Source: Malacoraja senta | Taxonomy: Eukaryota | Assembly (NCBI GenBank): GCA_038087875.1 | Contig: CM075988.1 | Location: 5,456,001-5,520,000, forward strand | Length of the DNA stretch: 64,000 nt | Direction of reading: 5' to 3' | Shown: in pieces, positions 13,230 to 25,965 of the stretch | Numbering within the stretch: position 1 is the stretch's first letter | Layout of the letters: each line of letters begins with the position of its first letter | Made by a program: the position numbers and the translations under genes | The notes under the pieces: generated by a model | Seen by the model: the letters and a program-made list of their open reading frames with translations, nothing else | The model's database searches: none | What the model was told of the DNA's origin: nothing

Positions 13230-13635
13230 AATAGACGCAGGAGTAGGCCATTCGGCCCTTCGAGCCAGCACCGCCATTCACTGTGATCATGGTTGATCAT
13301 CCACAATCAGTACCCTGTTCCTGCCTTCTCCCCATATCACCTGACTCCGCTATCTTTAAGAGCTCTATCTAACTCTCTCTTGAAAGCATCCAGAGAATTG
13401 GCCTCCACTGCCTTCTGAGGCAGAGAATTCCACAGATTTACAACCCTCTGTGGGAGAAAGTTTTTCCTCATCTCCGTTCTAAATGGCTTACCCCTTACTC
13501 TTAAAATGTGGCCCCTGGTCCTGGACTCCCCCAACATCGGGAACATGTTTCCTGCCTCTAGCATGTCCAATCCTTTAATAATCTTTTATGTTTCAATAAG
13601 ATAACCTCTCATCCTTCTAAATTCCAGAGTATACA
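13230..13635 (-). mobile_element. CR1 LINE 3' fragment
   Basis: MFPMLGESRTRGH..RKNFLPQRVVNLWNSLPQKAVEA. Confidence 0.85.
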
Positions 13636-14379
13636 CGTTCAATGGAAACTATTAAGATGGGTCCATCTAAATAGTATTCATAGATTCTCCCATTATGTCT
13701 CCTTCTCTGATTCCGCCATAGTCGAGCATATTTGGCCTCCCTGGTCTTCAATCTGTTGAAGGCTACATAGCAGTATTTGATAAGAGGGAGTCACATTAAC
13801 ACATTAACCTCTCCCAGCTGGAGATTAGAACATGGAACATAGAACAGTACGGCATTGACCCTTTGGCCCACAATATCTTTGCCAAACATGTTGCCAAGAC
13901 CAACTCTTATTTGCCAGCAATTAGGATCTAGATCTCGATCTGGAATGATCTGGAAGACTAGTGGTTATGTTTTTTTGGTTTTTCACAGTAGCTTCCCATC
14001 CACAAAGTTATCAGTAACATCTCCGGAATCATTTGCGCATAGGAATTCATAATTTGAAAGGCAAATATACTCAGTCGGTGATTGAAAAATGGAAGGAATT
14101 CACAAAGATTTCACAGCATCAGAATAAAATCAAATCATCTTCTCCCCTTCGAGAGTCAGATTACACTGATATTCCAACACAAACACTATTTTAGTTGGCT
14201 ATTAGATGTTACTTACAACTGTTCAGCCAGTTCTGATAGAAACCTCAACTTTGAAGCAGGTTGGGTGGTTCCATGTCTAATCTCGTTGGCTCCTATGATT
14301 TTGTCAAGGATAGATCATTATTTTAAAAGGATATCCGAGTATCAAAGAGTATATCTGGTCCTAATCTGCCAACCATGCG

Positions 14380-14850
14380 TGTTGGAGGCCTTCCTGAAGT
14401 GCCGTGGCCACAATGACTCCCAGAAGGTTTGTCATTCGGCGGGACTAGGAATGCACCTAAAGGCTCATCGGGGGCCTGCCCGTCTGACAGCAGGACCCAC
14501 GCAAAGGTTCGTCGGTCTGCAGGACCGGACACACGCCAGAAGGCTCGTCGGTCGGTGGGATTGGGAACAAGCCCTAAGGCTCGTCGGATGGCGGGACCGG
14601 GTGGAGGAGAGGAGGTGAATGCCTCCAGCACCTTCAAGGTGGCCTGCAGGAGGCACCTCCGTGACACAAAGATGGCCAGGTGAGGAGAGGAGAGGGGCGT
14701 CAGCTCACGGGAACTGCTTTATTAGTACATCAAGCGCGCGGAATTTGGACTTTGAATAATGCCACCAAAAATGGCTGCGCCGGCAGGTCTGATCTATGCA
14801 AAAAGAATTTCACTGTGCAATTGCATATGTGGCACAGCACCATTGAACCA
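14380..14850 (+). mobile_element. GC-rich non-autonomous retroposon with short internal repeats
   Basis: aaggctcgtcgg repeats; aatttcactgtg..atgtggca tail. Confidence 0.5.
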
Positions 14851-15139
14851 TTAATCTAACATTAAAATATCCCATTTTAGGTAACCTTTCACAACCTCCC
14901 CTTCCCTTTCACTGCCATTCCCCAAACCCTGAACTTTTCCATCCTCAAGCTTCACAATTTGCAACTCTTTATCCTTCTGGCTTACATCTCTGGCCTTTGT
15001 CCAACAATCAAAAAATTGTTGGCTGTGTCAGCCATGCATTGTCAGCCGACCATTTATCAGCCATGCATTGACCTGCCCCTCCTCACTTCCAGTTATCTCC
15101 CTCCCCCCCCCCCCACCCCCACCATTCAGTCTGAAGAAG

Positions 15140-15512
15140 GGTTGTACAAAATCATGAGGGGAATAGAACAGGTAGAAGCACAGGATCTGTTGCCCAGAGT
15201 AGGAGAATCGATAACCAGAGGACATAGGTTTAAGGTGAGGGGAGTAAGATATATTTGGAACATGAGGGGTAGCTTTTTTCACGCAAAGAGTGGTGGGTGT
15301 ATGGAACGAGCTGCCAGAGGAGGCAGTTGAGGCAGGTACTGTCACGACGTGTAAGAAACATCTAGACAGTTACATAGATAGGACAGGTTCAGAGGGATAT
15401 GGGCCAAACGCAGGCAGGTGGGACTTGTGTAGATTGGACATATTGGCTGGTGTGGGCAAGTTGGGCTGATGGTCCTGTTTCCATGCTGCAAGTCTCGATG
15501 ATTCTATGACTC
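15140..15512 (+). mobile_element. CR1/HER1 LINE 3' fragment
   Basis: LYKIMRGIEQV..TRGHRFKVRG. Confidence 0.8.
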
Positions 15513-16557
15513 TAAACATTCTAACCCGAAACGTCATCTATCCATGTTCTATAGTGATGTTGCCTGACCCGCTGAGTTACTTCAGTACTTTGTGTTTTTC
15601 TTCCTGGAAACAATGCTCCATTTCAATTAAACCTCACAGAAAATGGAATGGAATGGCATACTTTGTCACATGTGACAAGGCACATTGAAATTCTTTGCTT
15701 GCATACCCAAGGTATGTAAATAGTCGACACATATGATGCTGACAAGGGTACAAAGTACCCCGGCTGACTCCTCATTTGTTCTCCCCACCCCCTCGTCCCG
15801 GCTGTCCCCCAATGCCGGGTCCTCCATTGATCTTCCCCGTCCCCCCCTCACAGTGGTTCCCCCGCACCCACATCAACCATGGTCACATGGCCTCACCATC
15901 GTCCCCGAGCCACCGCCCCCCTCCGAGGCTCCAACACAGCCGCCGAGGCTCCACTGCTGCCACCGACTCAGTTACATAAAAATGATGCTGTCCAGTCACT
16001 TTAATCCATGTAAAGTTTACTATTTTGAGTCTAATTCATTTTTAATTGTGAGTTATTTACAAAGTCAGAAGGCATGACTTTTTGATCCATTTTCTATCAT
16101 TAACTAATTCGAATGAACAGTGCTCATGGATGTTCTCCTCAGGTCTGCAAAATACTGCAGAAAGTATCTCCGGCAACTGAGGTGACCTGCAACAGTGCCC
16201 AGTCTAAAGTGTCGATTGGCAGTGCCAGCAGAAAGTGAAGCAAGCACAAAATAATTTTTATGCACGATTCACAGAGAGAAAACAGGCAGGGGTGCTCCAT
16301 AAAGCCTCAAGTCCATGGTGTTTAAGTTAGTACAAGATAGCACTAGGTTTTCTTACCAAAGCAAGGGAGAGGAGGAAGGCTGCTGCCCAGAACCCGCCAG
16401 CGATGACCTTCATCTGCCCACACTGCCCTTGAGTGTGTGGTTCATGAATTGGACTTATGAGGCATGTCAGAACTCACCACAATTGAGACTGCACCACCCA
16501 CCATCGTCATTACCGACGGGCCACCACCAGATAGTAGAGTGGTGCAGCTGAGGGTAG

Positions 16558-17134
16558 TGTAAGGGTTAAACTGACAATTTCAGCTACAATGTGGAATGGA
16601 GTTACCGACTAAGTTAGCAGCCCTTACATTCCATAGGCTTTCGAAAACTCGTTTATCTCCTTGCGCCTGCGATCAGTGCCTGGGAAAGGCTGCTTTGGCG
16701 AACAAAACACAGTAATGTTTGAGTAAATGTTGCCAAACAATGTCCAGGAATGTCTGGGTGAGCTGAGCAAAACAGAAACAACAGCAATAGTTGGGTAGAT
16801 AGACCACCCGCGCCAGTAGCGCAGAAACGTTGCAGACCAGGGGGGCTTATGATTGGCTCGGGGAGGGGGCAATGGCGCGGTCTACTCTAATAAGAAATGC
16901 CATAAAGGATGGTGTTGGGCGCCCTTTCGGGGAGAGAACTTCAGCCTTGGACCGTGCCGCCAACGGTGCCAGCTGATCAAGAGCAGAAACACCCTGTGGC
17001 GTGCTCTGCTGTGTGCTTGGGGTTTGCGAGTGCATTTGGGGATATTTGAGTGTGTGTGCCTTATTTAGTAGTGCAATAAATTACTGAGTGAATCAAAACT
17101 GTCATCTGAATCCAGTGACTTATCAAACACAACA
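16558..17134 (+). mobile_element. Candidate solo LTR
   Basis: Begins TGTAAGGG, ends ACAACA, AATAAA at ~17075, CpG-retaining; lies between two parts of a decayed SINE; no TSD seen. Confidence 0.5.
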
Positions 17135-17299
17135 ACCTGTGATGCAATCTGTGTGGAGTTTACACATTCTCCCTGTGGCTGCACCAGTTTCTCCTAGGTT
17201 CTCACAAATCCCAAAGATGTACTGCTGGGTAGTTTCACTGGCCATTGGTTGCACTGTCTACTTTGGGCTTTTTCTTTCACTAGAGTTGAGGCTGCTAGT

Positions 17300-18475
17300 T
17301 TAGTTCAGAGATGCAGCACGGAAACAGGCCCTTCGGCCCACCGAGTCCACGCTGACCATCAATCACCCATACACTAGTTCTATCCTACACAATAGGGGCA
17401 ATTTACAGAAGCCAATTATCCTACAAACCTGTACGTCTTTGGAATGTGGGAGGAAACCGGAGCACCTGGAGAAAACCCACGCAGTCACAGGGAAAATGTG
17501 CACAAACTCCATACAGACAGCACCAGAAGTCAGGATTGAACAATGGGTCTCTGGCACTGTGAGGCAGCAACTCTACCATTGTACCACCCTGCCGCTCTTG
17601 AATTTGTGTTTATTACATATTATCTACACGTATGTGTTACAGGCCTAGTTGCGTTGCTGCAAGTAAGAATTTCATTATTCCATTGTCAGTACATATGACA
17701 ATTAAACACTCTTGACTCTTGTACATTGTCCTTGGTGTGCAGCTGAGTGGCAAAATCCATGGAGGCATTGATCAGAATAAGATGGGAATCATGTGGGATT
17801 AGATATATAGGTGTATATATTGTCCAAGCAGACAAGATAGAGGTTCCATGTAAGATTCTATGACATCCATGAGCTAAGAGTTGAGTTTAGAGTTGAGTTT
17901 AGAGACACAGTATGAAAACAAGCCCGTTGACCCACTGAGCCCACGGCGACCAATGATCACCCCTTCACACTAGTTCTATGTCATACCTCTTTCTCATCCA
18001 CTCCCTGCACACTAGGGGCAATTTACAGAGGGCCCGCACGTGTTTGGGATGTGGGAGGAAACTGGAACGCCTGGAGGTATCCCATGCGGTCACAGGGAGA
18101 ACGTGCAAACTCCACACAGACAGCACCCAAGTTCAGGTTCATTCCTGGTCTCTGGCACTGTGAGGCAGCAGCTCTACAGCTTAGGGTTAGGGTTAGATCA
18201 TTGGTTAGGAATACTGTGTTCAGTTCCTTCCACACACGATAGAAAGTGTACAGTAACATTAGAAAAAGTGCAGAAGAGGTTCACCGGGATGATACCTACA
18301 AACCCGCACATCTTTGGGATGTGGGAGGAAGCCAGAGCACCCGGAGGATACCCATCTGGTCATGACGAGAAATGTGCAAACTCCACACAGACAGCACCCG
18401 AGGTCAGGATCGAACCAAGTCTCTGGCGGTGTGAAGCAGCAGCTCTACCCGCTGCGCCACTGCGTCGTCCCCCAT
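17300..18475 (-). mobile_element. Cluster of three HE1-type SINEs (17300-17595, 17890-18180, 18295-18475)
   Basis: Repeated reverse-complement V-domain gtgggaggaaacc..acagacagcacc. Confidence 0.8.
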
Positions 18476-19734
18476 GAAGTATTCCTTCCTTCCTCCACAA
18501 TTGGTGCGGACATTAGTCTGGTGAACCCAAGGGCAACTAGTGATCATTAGCACTCAAGACAATTTATTACACTTAGTTCAATCACCAGTTCCTAATCAAA
18601 ACCCGTGATATCCCTTTTAGAGCTAAATAACATCGGAACGGGACGCCAAACTATTCCACAATTAAATTAGTCACTCGGGATTTCAATAGTTTTGTTACTT
18701 GAGTATGGGTAGAAACATTCAAAGCACCTGCAAAATTCCTGTGTACAGCAAAAAGACAAAAATAAAATCAATTACTAGAGCATCCAGTTTATTGGCCAAA
18801 TCATTGTTCCCAGAGTGATCACACACATGATGACAGTGATATTAATTATGATGACTCTTAATATGAATTAGTGAGTTGCATGAATATGTATAAGGAAGCA
18901 TTTGAAATGCAGATTGATATTTGAAATGAGAATTTATCATATTATTAACAGATTTCAATGGAAATCAATTGTTGAGAAGTTACAAAGAGAGTTAACAATA
19001 AATTAAAGTCTGACAGCCTACTCTTCATTAGAAGGTAATTGATTAGATATTGATCTGAATAGCATGCATTAAAACAAGAATCTTCAATAATTTGAGTCAA
19101 TAATGAAGGGAATAAAGTTGCACCCATTCCACTGTAAGTATTTATAACTGAACAACGTCTATTTTACTGCATTGCAACATAGCAACATATCTTGGGTGCC
19201 TTGTCAGAGATATATCAGCTGAACTTTAACATAGCCTACATCCACGCAGAGATATTGCACACAGTATCAAAAAGCTTAGACTAAAACATGATCTGCACAG
19301 AGCAGTTCCATTTTCTACTGAGTCCCAGAGTGATTTACTCAATTTTTAAACCTGATCGCTGCGAGATTCAGATATAAGATAGAGTGGGAAAACCAAATTA
19401 AAATGGATGATCATAGATAAGCATCACTGAGTGCAGGGAAAGGTTTAGAATTCAGCAATGAATGCCCAGGACACTTGTAGAGAGGAAATAGAATATTAGA
19501 CATCAAGTACTCCATCACCAGAATCTTGTTTAACCATTACACATCTCTGATTTGTCACACTGCCTGTGTTGGACAAATTGAATTTTTCTCCAACTAAATT
19601 TCAAGAAAGCCATAGCCATCATCGTTGGTACTTCTCTGAAACCCTGTAACTATAACCACTGACTCCATCCCACTGTTTAATAAGTGTCCGAGCCTAGACT
19701 AGAGTAGAAATCAAAGTGAGACGGACATTTTTTT

Positions 19735-20332
19735 AGTTTAGATATACAGCGTGGAAACAGGCCCTTCGACCTGCCGACTACGCGCCGACCAGCGATCCCC
19801 ACACACTAGGGACAATTTCCAATATTAGCAAGCCAATTAGCGTACAAACGTGTACATTTTTGGAGTTGTAGGAGGAAACCGGAGCCCCTGGAGAAAACCC
19901 ACGCAGGTCACAGGGAGAATGTACAGGATCGAACTCTGATCTCTGGCGCTGTGAGGCAGCAACTCTACCACTGTACCACCATGCCACCCAAATATATACA
20001 TCTGCTTCATCACCAAAGCTGCCAGTTACTCAGTGATAAGGCATTTAGTACCACTGCGGCACTGTGGCACAGCAGTAGAATTGCTACCCAAAGGGACCTG
20101 AGTATACGGAGTTTGTACCTTCTCCCTGTGACCTCGTGGGTTTTCTCCAGGTGCTCCAGTTTCCTCCCACACTCCAAAAACTTACGGGTTTGTAGGTTAA
20201 TTGGCTTCGGTAAACATTGTAAACTGTCCCTAGAGTGTAGGATCGTGCAAGTGTACGGGGACCACTGGTTGGCACGGACGGTGGGACGAAGGGCCTGTTT
20301 CCACGCTGCAACTCTAAACTAAACCAAACTAA
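19735..20332. mobile_element. Head-to-head HE1-type SINE pair
   Basis: Minus copy 19735-19990, plus copy 20060-20332. Confidence 0.8.
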
Positions 20333-20734
20333 AGTGAGGGTTAGTGCGTTGCAATGTAAAATATCAAGCTTTCCAAGGCAAGGCCTTGCACGTTCCATTC
20401 AGATGCTTTACTCTAGGCTTGGAATCAAAAGTAGACAAATACAACCAACCATGACTGTTCCATCATGATGGACATTTGCTGTAGGAAAATCTCAGTGGAG
20501 TGAGGGTCGTGCACAGGGTCATATGGAGAAACATTTCCTAATAGCAGAGATATACACAACCAGACGGCATAGGTTTAAGGGGAGGAAAAGAAGGTAGGAG
20601 AGGATCTGTATATTATTTTCATCCAGAGGGGGCTTGCAATCCTAGAATTCATTGTCTGAGAAGGTGGTGGAGGCAGATTCTTTCACAGCCTTTACAAAAC
20701 ATCTGAATATAGAAGATAGAACAGTACAACACAG

Positions 20735-21305
20735 GCATGGTGGCACAGCGGTAGAGTTGCTGTCTTACAGCGCTTACAGCGCCAACGACCCAGATTCGAT
20801 CCTGGCTAAGGGTGCTGTCTGTACGGAGTTTGTACGTTTTCCCCGTGACCGCATGGGTTTTCCCCAAGTTCTTCGGTTTCCTCCCACGCTCCAAAGACGT
20901 ACAGGTTTGTAGGTTAATTGTCTGGGCATTAATGTAATATTGTCCCTAGTGTGTGTAGGATAATGCTAATAGATACATAGAAGATACATAGAAAATAGGT
21001 GCAGGAGTAGGCCATTCGGCCCTTCGAGCCTGCACCGCCATTCAATATGATCATGGCTGATCATCCAACTCAGTATCCCGTACCTGCCTTCTCTCCATAC
21101 CCCCTGATCCCTTTAGCCACAAGGGCCACATCTAACTCCCTCTTAAATATAGCCAATGAACTGGCCTCGACTACCCTCTGTGGCAGAGAATTCCACAGAT
21201 TCACCACTCTCTGTGCGGTAATGTGCGGTGATTGCTGGTCGATGCAGACTTGGTGGGCCAAAGGGCCTGATACTGCGCTGTATCTCTGTACTAAAACTAA
21301 ACTAA
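20735..21305 (+). mobile_element. HE1-type SINE interrupted by a minus-strand CR1 3' fragment (~20970-21215)
   Basis: SINE resumes at taatgtgcggtgattgctggtc; insert encodes QRVVNLWNSLPQRVVEA. Confidence 0.8.
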
Positions 21306-21739
21306 ACACAGGAACAGGTACTTTAGCACTCATAGCCAGGCATAACATCAAAACAAATAATCGTTTCTGCCTTGGAATTCCTCCATTCCTTGTAAACCCA
21401 TGTGCTTATTTAAAAGCCTCTTAAATCCAGCATGTTCCAGGCACCAACACCCTCTGTATAAAAAAGCTTGCATGGCACATCTCCATTAAATGTTGGCCCT
21501 CTCACCTTAAGGCTATGCCCTCTAGTATTTGAACTTCCTCCCTGGGAAAAAGGTTCTGACTGTCTACCCTATCTATGACTCTTATGATTTTATATACTTC
21601 GATCAGGTCTCACCTCAACCAGAGAAAACAATCCAAGTTTGTCAAACCTCTTCTTATAGCTATTATCACTTGGATGTGCAACTAAATCACCCAGGCACAG
21701 TAGACCATGGACCAAGTGCTAGTCAGTGGGATTAGTACA

Positions 21740-22475
21740 TAATCAGAATCAGAATCAGAATCACACTTTATTCGCCAAGTATGTTTTGCAACGTACGAGG
21801 AATTTCATTGGCCAGGTCAGTCATACAATTAAAAGTAACAGATCAGTTAAAAACACATTTTAACATGAACATCCACCACAGTGACTCCTACACATTCCTC
21901 ACTGTGATGGAAGGCGAAATAAAGTTCAAGTCCTTCCCTTAGTTCTTCCTCGGTCGTGGCCCTCGAGCCACCGTTGACGGGACGATCTTGACTCCCGTAG
22001 CCGGCGGCGTTCGGGCCCTCCGCGTCGAGGCGAACAAGCTCCCGCATCGAGGGGATGTCAGCTCCCCCGCGCCGGGCGATCAAAACTCACGTCGGGGCTG
22101 GTCGAGCCTTCCGCGGCGTTGGAGTTCCCGACTAGCCTCTCCCGAGACTGCGAGCCCTTGATGTTGATTCCGCGGTGGTCGCGTTGGGAGCGATCCCAGG
22201 CATGGGATCAGCTGCGATGTTAAGTCCACGCCCCGCGGTGGGGCTCACGACAGTCCGAGGAGGCTTCCAGAGCCAGGAGAATGTGATCCGAAAATTGATC
22301 ACATCTCCGGCAAGGTAAGAACCTGAAATAAAGTTTCCCCGATCCCCTCCCCACTCCCCCCTCATAAAACAAACCGAAGAACATTAAAACAAAACTTTTA
22401 ACAAACTAAAAAAATAACAAAAGAGTGAAAAGATGAACAGACTGCCGGCAGGAATGCCATCTCCCCGGCACCCCA
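21740..22475 (-). mobile_element. GC-rich non-autonomous retroposon with (attctg)n tail
   Basis: CpG-rich body shared with 4690-5555 and 56190-56945. Confidence 0.65.
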
Positions 22476-22994
22476 GATGAAGACTTAAAGATGGGTATGG
22501 ATGTGGTGGGCTGAAATACCTGTTTGTGTGCTGTAAGGTCATAATCTCATGTTCATAAGTTCATAAATGTTCTGGGAGCAGAATTAGGCCATTCGACCCA
22601 TCAACTCCACGCCGCCATACAATCATGGCGGATCTATTTCTCCCTCCTAACCCCATTCTTCTGCCTTCTCCCCACAACCCCTGACACCCGTACTAATCAA
22701 GAATCTATCTATCTCCGCCTTAATAATATCCATTGACTTAGCTTCTACAGCCTTTTGTGGCAAAGAACAGTAAGATTAAACGAGAACTTACCAGTTTGAA
22801 GTTTGATCTTTATTTTATGAGGAGTTACGTTGGTGATTACGTGAAGAAGACCCTTCACGGCGCATGCGCGTCAATCTTCAAAGCAGCGGAATGAAATCAC
22901 AGTCAACACAATAATTGAAGTAACATATTAAGATGAGCAACGTGAGAACTACTATTATGACCTTTTTTTATGAGAGAGGGTTGGGCGTGACGGG

Positions 22995-23106
22995 CACGTA
23001 ATCACCAACGTAACTCCTCATAAAATAAAGATCAAACTTCAAACTGGTAAGTTCTCGTTTAATCTTACTATTTTACTTTGGAGTCACGTGAGTGACCACG
23101 TGAAGA
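22995..23106 (-). repeat. DIRS internal complementary region (ICR)
   Basis: 22995-23069 is the perfect 75-bp reverse complement of 22769-22843; 23071-23106 matches the reverse complement of 27471-27506 with 2 mismatches. Confidence 0.92.
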
Positions 23107-23329
23107 TTTCAAAGCTCTGTGATTTTATGCCGCAGATTCAAATCCAGGCCTCACTGCATTGATTGACTTTCGATGAGAAACAATCAATAATGCGTTAAAC
23201 ATGAAATGGTAATATCATGCAATAACAATTGATTTGAATAATCAAAACAAACAGTAACCTGTCTATCCCAGAGGAACTAAACAGGACTTAATACTGAATT
23301 TGCAAACAGCCTCTCTCCGATCGGCGATC

Positions 23330-24230
23330 GGCCGATGGTAAAAAAATGTTTTTAAATAATTCATTTGACCACCCGGCACCTATAAAATATGGCCGCTGTG
23401 AACATCCATCGTCCTAGCCGACGACATTGCTGCTGCTCTAGTGGAAAATGGATATATACACTTCAGTGTTAATACCTGCCTTAATCAACATTTGCTTTAA
23501 ATCACCTTGAGATAGTCTGCACTGACACTCTCCTGTGTGGCTTCATGTAACTGATAAACAATGCTGTTTCCACATTCCTTAAGGTCTTTATAGCTTTAAT
23601 ATAATGAAAATAAATGTGCCATTACACATAAACATGGATCAGTAGGTTATGCTGAAACACAATTTTAACAAACCTGTGACACCTGGCCTGCTCTGCTTAA
23701 GCAGTACGCAATTATATAACATAACATTCTCTTCAGCAACTTCCATCCTGTCTAGAAGTTTTTTCAAAATCTGCACTTGCTATGCTGAACCAATGCCAAG
23801 AGCATAACCCCTTTCATGATTAGTTTGGCAAATTCAGCGACATGCCAGGAACCTACTGTGGAAACATCTTGCGGACCTCACACATCCCAGATCGCCATAT
23901 ACCTGGGTTTAGGAGGTTTAGAGTTGAAATTCCTTTCATCAATCCAGCTATGATATGATGAAACTCAATAGGATCTTTCCTGACCCCATCCAACCCACAG
24001 GATGACAAAGCACTTAAAGCTGTATTAATGGTGCTATAACTGAGCCCCTCATCATCATAGAGAGTCAACAGGAACTCTAAAATATCCGCAATACCTGTAG
24101 TATTATAGTCAATATTATTTTATACACAATATTGCTCTCATTTTTTTACATAAGTAATATACCCCTTTTGAGTACTCTTTCTCCAGGCTACAGTGAGCAT
24201 GTCCACCGTAAACCCAGACAGTCCTTGCTC
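23330..24230 (-). pseudogene. DIRS tyrosine recombinase, frameshifted
   Basis: GLSYSTINTALSALS..GLMKGI; C-terminal STRAAAMS..AGWSNE. Confidence 0.8.
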
Positions 24231-24309
24231 CAGTTATGGCCTTCTTAAAACCTGCAAATGAACAAGTCAATACAATCACATAACAGATGACTTTCCCATG
24301 TTAGCGGAT

Positions 24310-24625
24310 GCTCCAGTCAATTCCTACGCTTGGGAACCACCAAAAAGAGGTTGGATCCCTAACTGTAACATCAAAGGGAAACCATGCTTGATTCGGCCAA
24401 TTAGGTATTACAAGCAGCCCCAAAGTGGCATCCTGCTTGATTTCTTGCAGACTCCGACCTATTAGGCAAAATGGTAGGAAAAAATATATATATATATATT
24501 CCACCTCAATGTCAAAGTATTAATTGCAACTGCCACCTGGTCTGGTTCTCATGAAACCTATTTAGGCATCTGATGGTTGACCTTGATGCAAAACAAATCG
24601 ATATCTGGCATTCATATACAAGTAC
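24310..24625 (-). pseudogene. DIRS methyltransferase-like domain, disrupted
   Basis: PDIDLF..; PFCLIGRSLQEIKQDATLGLLVIPNWPNQAWFP. Confidence 0.75.
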
Positions 24626-24639
24626 TATATTATTGAACA

Positions 24640-25272
24640 CCTCCTTGTTGAACATTCAATCTACGTTGTCATGGAATGTTCGTGACTTGGCGTCTGCTAC
24701 TATATAGAATCTACCTGGTAGATAAATAGCTGAAATATCTTTTCCAATGCACCAGGCCCAAATTTGATTAGCCAATCTGTCACAAATTACCGACTTGATT
24801 CCACCAATGTGATTAATATATATGCCACTTGCGTTGTATTGTCAATCTGAAACTGAACATGCAGATACATTTGTTAGAGCAATAAGCCTTGTCCTTAAAA
24901 CCTCTTAATAGTTAATTGCCCATGTCTGCAGAAACGATGCCTCTTGCTCAGTCCATCTGCCTCCACAGTTGAAACTCGTATCCGTGACACCCCACCCGAG
25001 TGCACTGACATTCATCTGCAAAATCATGGAAGGCTGGTCAAGCATTACCTTGCTATAACTCCTGGACACATGGTGAAACCATTGCAAATTAACATAGTCT
25101 TTACTGATAACTGCATAGGTCTATTATAATGACCCGAATGTATCCTTAATGCCTTAATTAGCTTGATACAGCTGTCAATTAGCTCTACCCTTTTTTCCCT
25201 GGGCAGAGCACTTAATTGAATCAATTGTGAGCCAAATAGTCAGGTGTTAATTTGGATTTCTCTGGATGGATC
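24640..25272 (-). pseudogene. DIRS RNase H plus C-terminal remnant of RT
   Basis: VSALGWG..GGRWTEQE..IN; HVQFQIDNTT; PGR..VADAKSR; IHPEKSKLTP. Confidence 0.75.
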
Positions 25273-25559
25273 AGCAATCAGTGACTGAGCAGCAATTTTA
25301 GAGGCAAACGTCCACTGCTTACCCTCATGCATTCAGCATGGGGTCCCGGCACATAGCCATGTTTGGATTCCTGTTTGGAGTTAATCCATACTAACCTTAG
25401 ACACTCTTTTAGAGGGGGACTTATCGAAGCTGAAGCAGGTATCACCATCCATCTCCTCCATTTGCTTGTACATGCCTCTGTACCAAGCATGTTGTTCGAC
25501 TCCATTCCCCACAATCTTATCACATATGTGTGTGGCTCCATCTTCATCCACTATACATC

Positions 25560-25965
25560 CACGTGGGAGGACTTATGCAACCTGCAACAGGAGCTGCCCC
25601 AGGCCTGTGTGCATGTATTTTAGCACCATCTCGACCACTACGGAGAAACCGAGTGGGAGTAATGGCAGCCCTGCAAACAGGTGTTGCTTCAGGCCCATGT
25701 GCATACTCCTGTAGCACTCTCTCGACCACTCCGCCATTTGAGTGGGAGAAATTTTGGCAACCCTTTACTAGGCGTCACCTTAGGCATGTGTGCATGTATT
25801 TTAGCACTATCTCGACCACTGTGGTGCACCAAGTGGGAGGAATGGCAACCCTACAAACAGGTGTTGCTTCAGGCACATGTGCATCCTTCTGTAGCACTCC
25901 CTCGACCACTCCGACCCTTGAGTGGGGGACTTTTGCAACCCTTTACTAGGTGTTGCTGCCTGACA
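25560..25965. repeat. ~90-bp tandem array (about 4.5 units, ABAB 180-bp higher order) inside the DIRS
   Basis: gtggga/gtgggg recurs at ~25563, 25653, 25742, 25833, 25922; ctcgaccact and tgtgcat in each unit. Confidence 0.8.

Noticed and set aside
16130..16240. Possible small exon on either strand
   Set aside because: Weak splice sites, in-frame stops, no recognisable protein
25560..25965. CRISPR-like regularly spaced repeats
   Set aside because: Intervening sequences are themselves homologous (ABAB), so this is a tandem duplication
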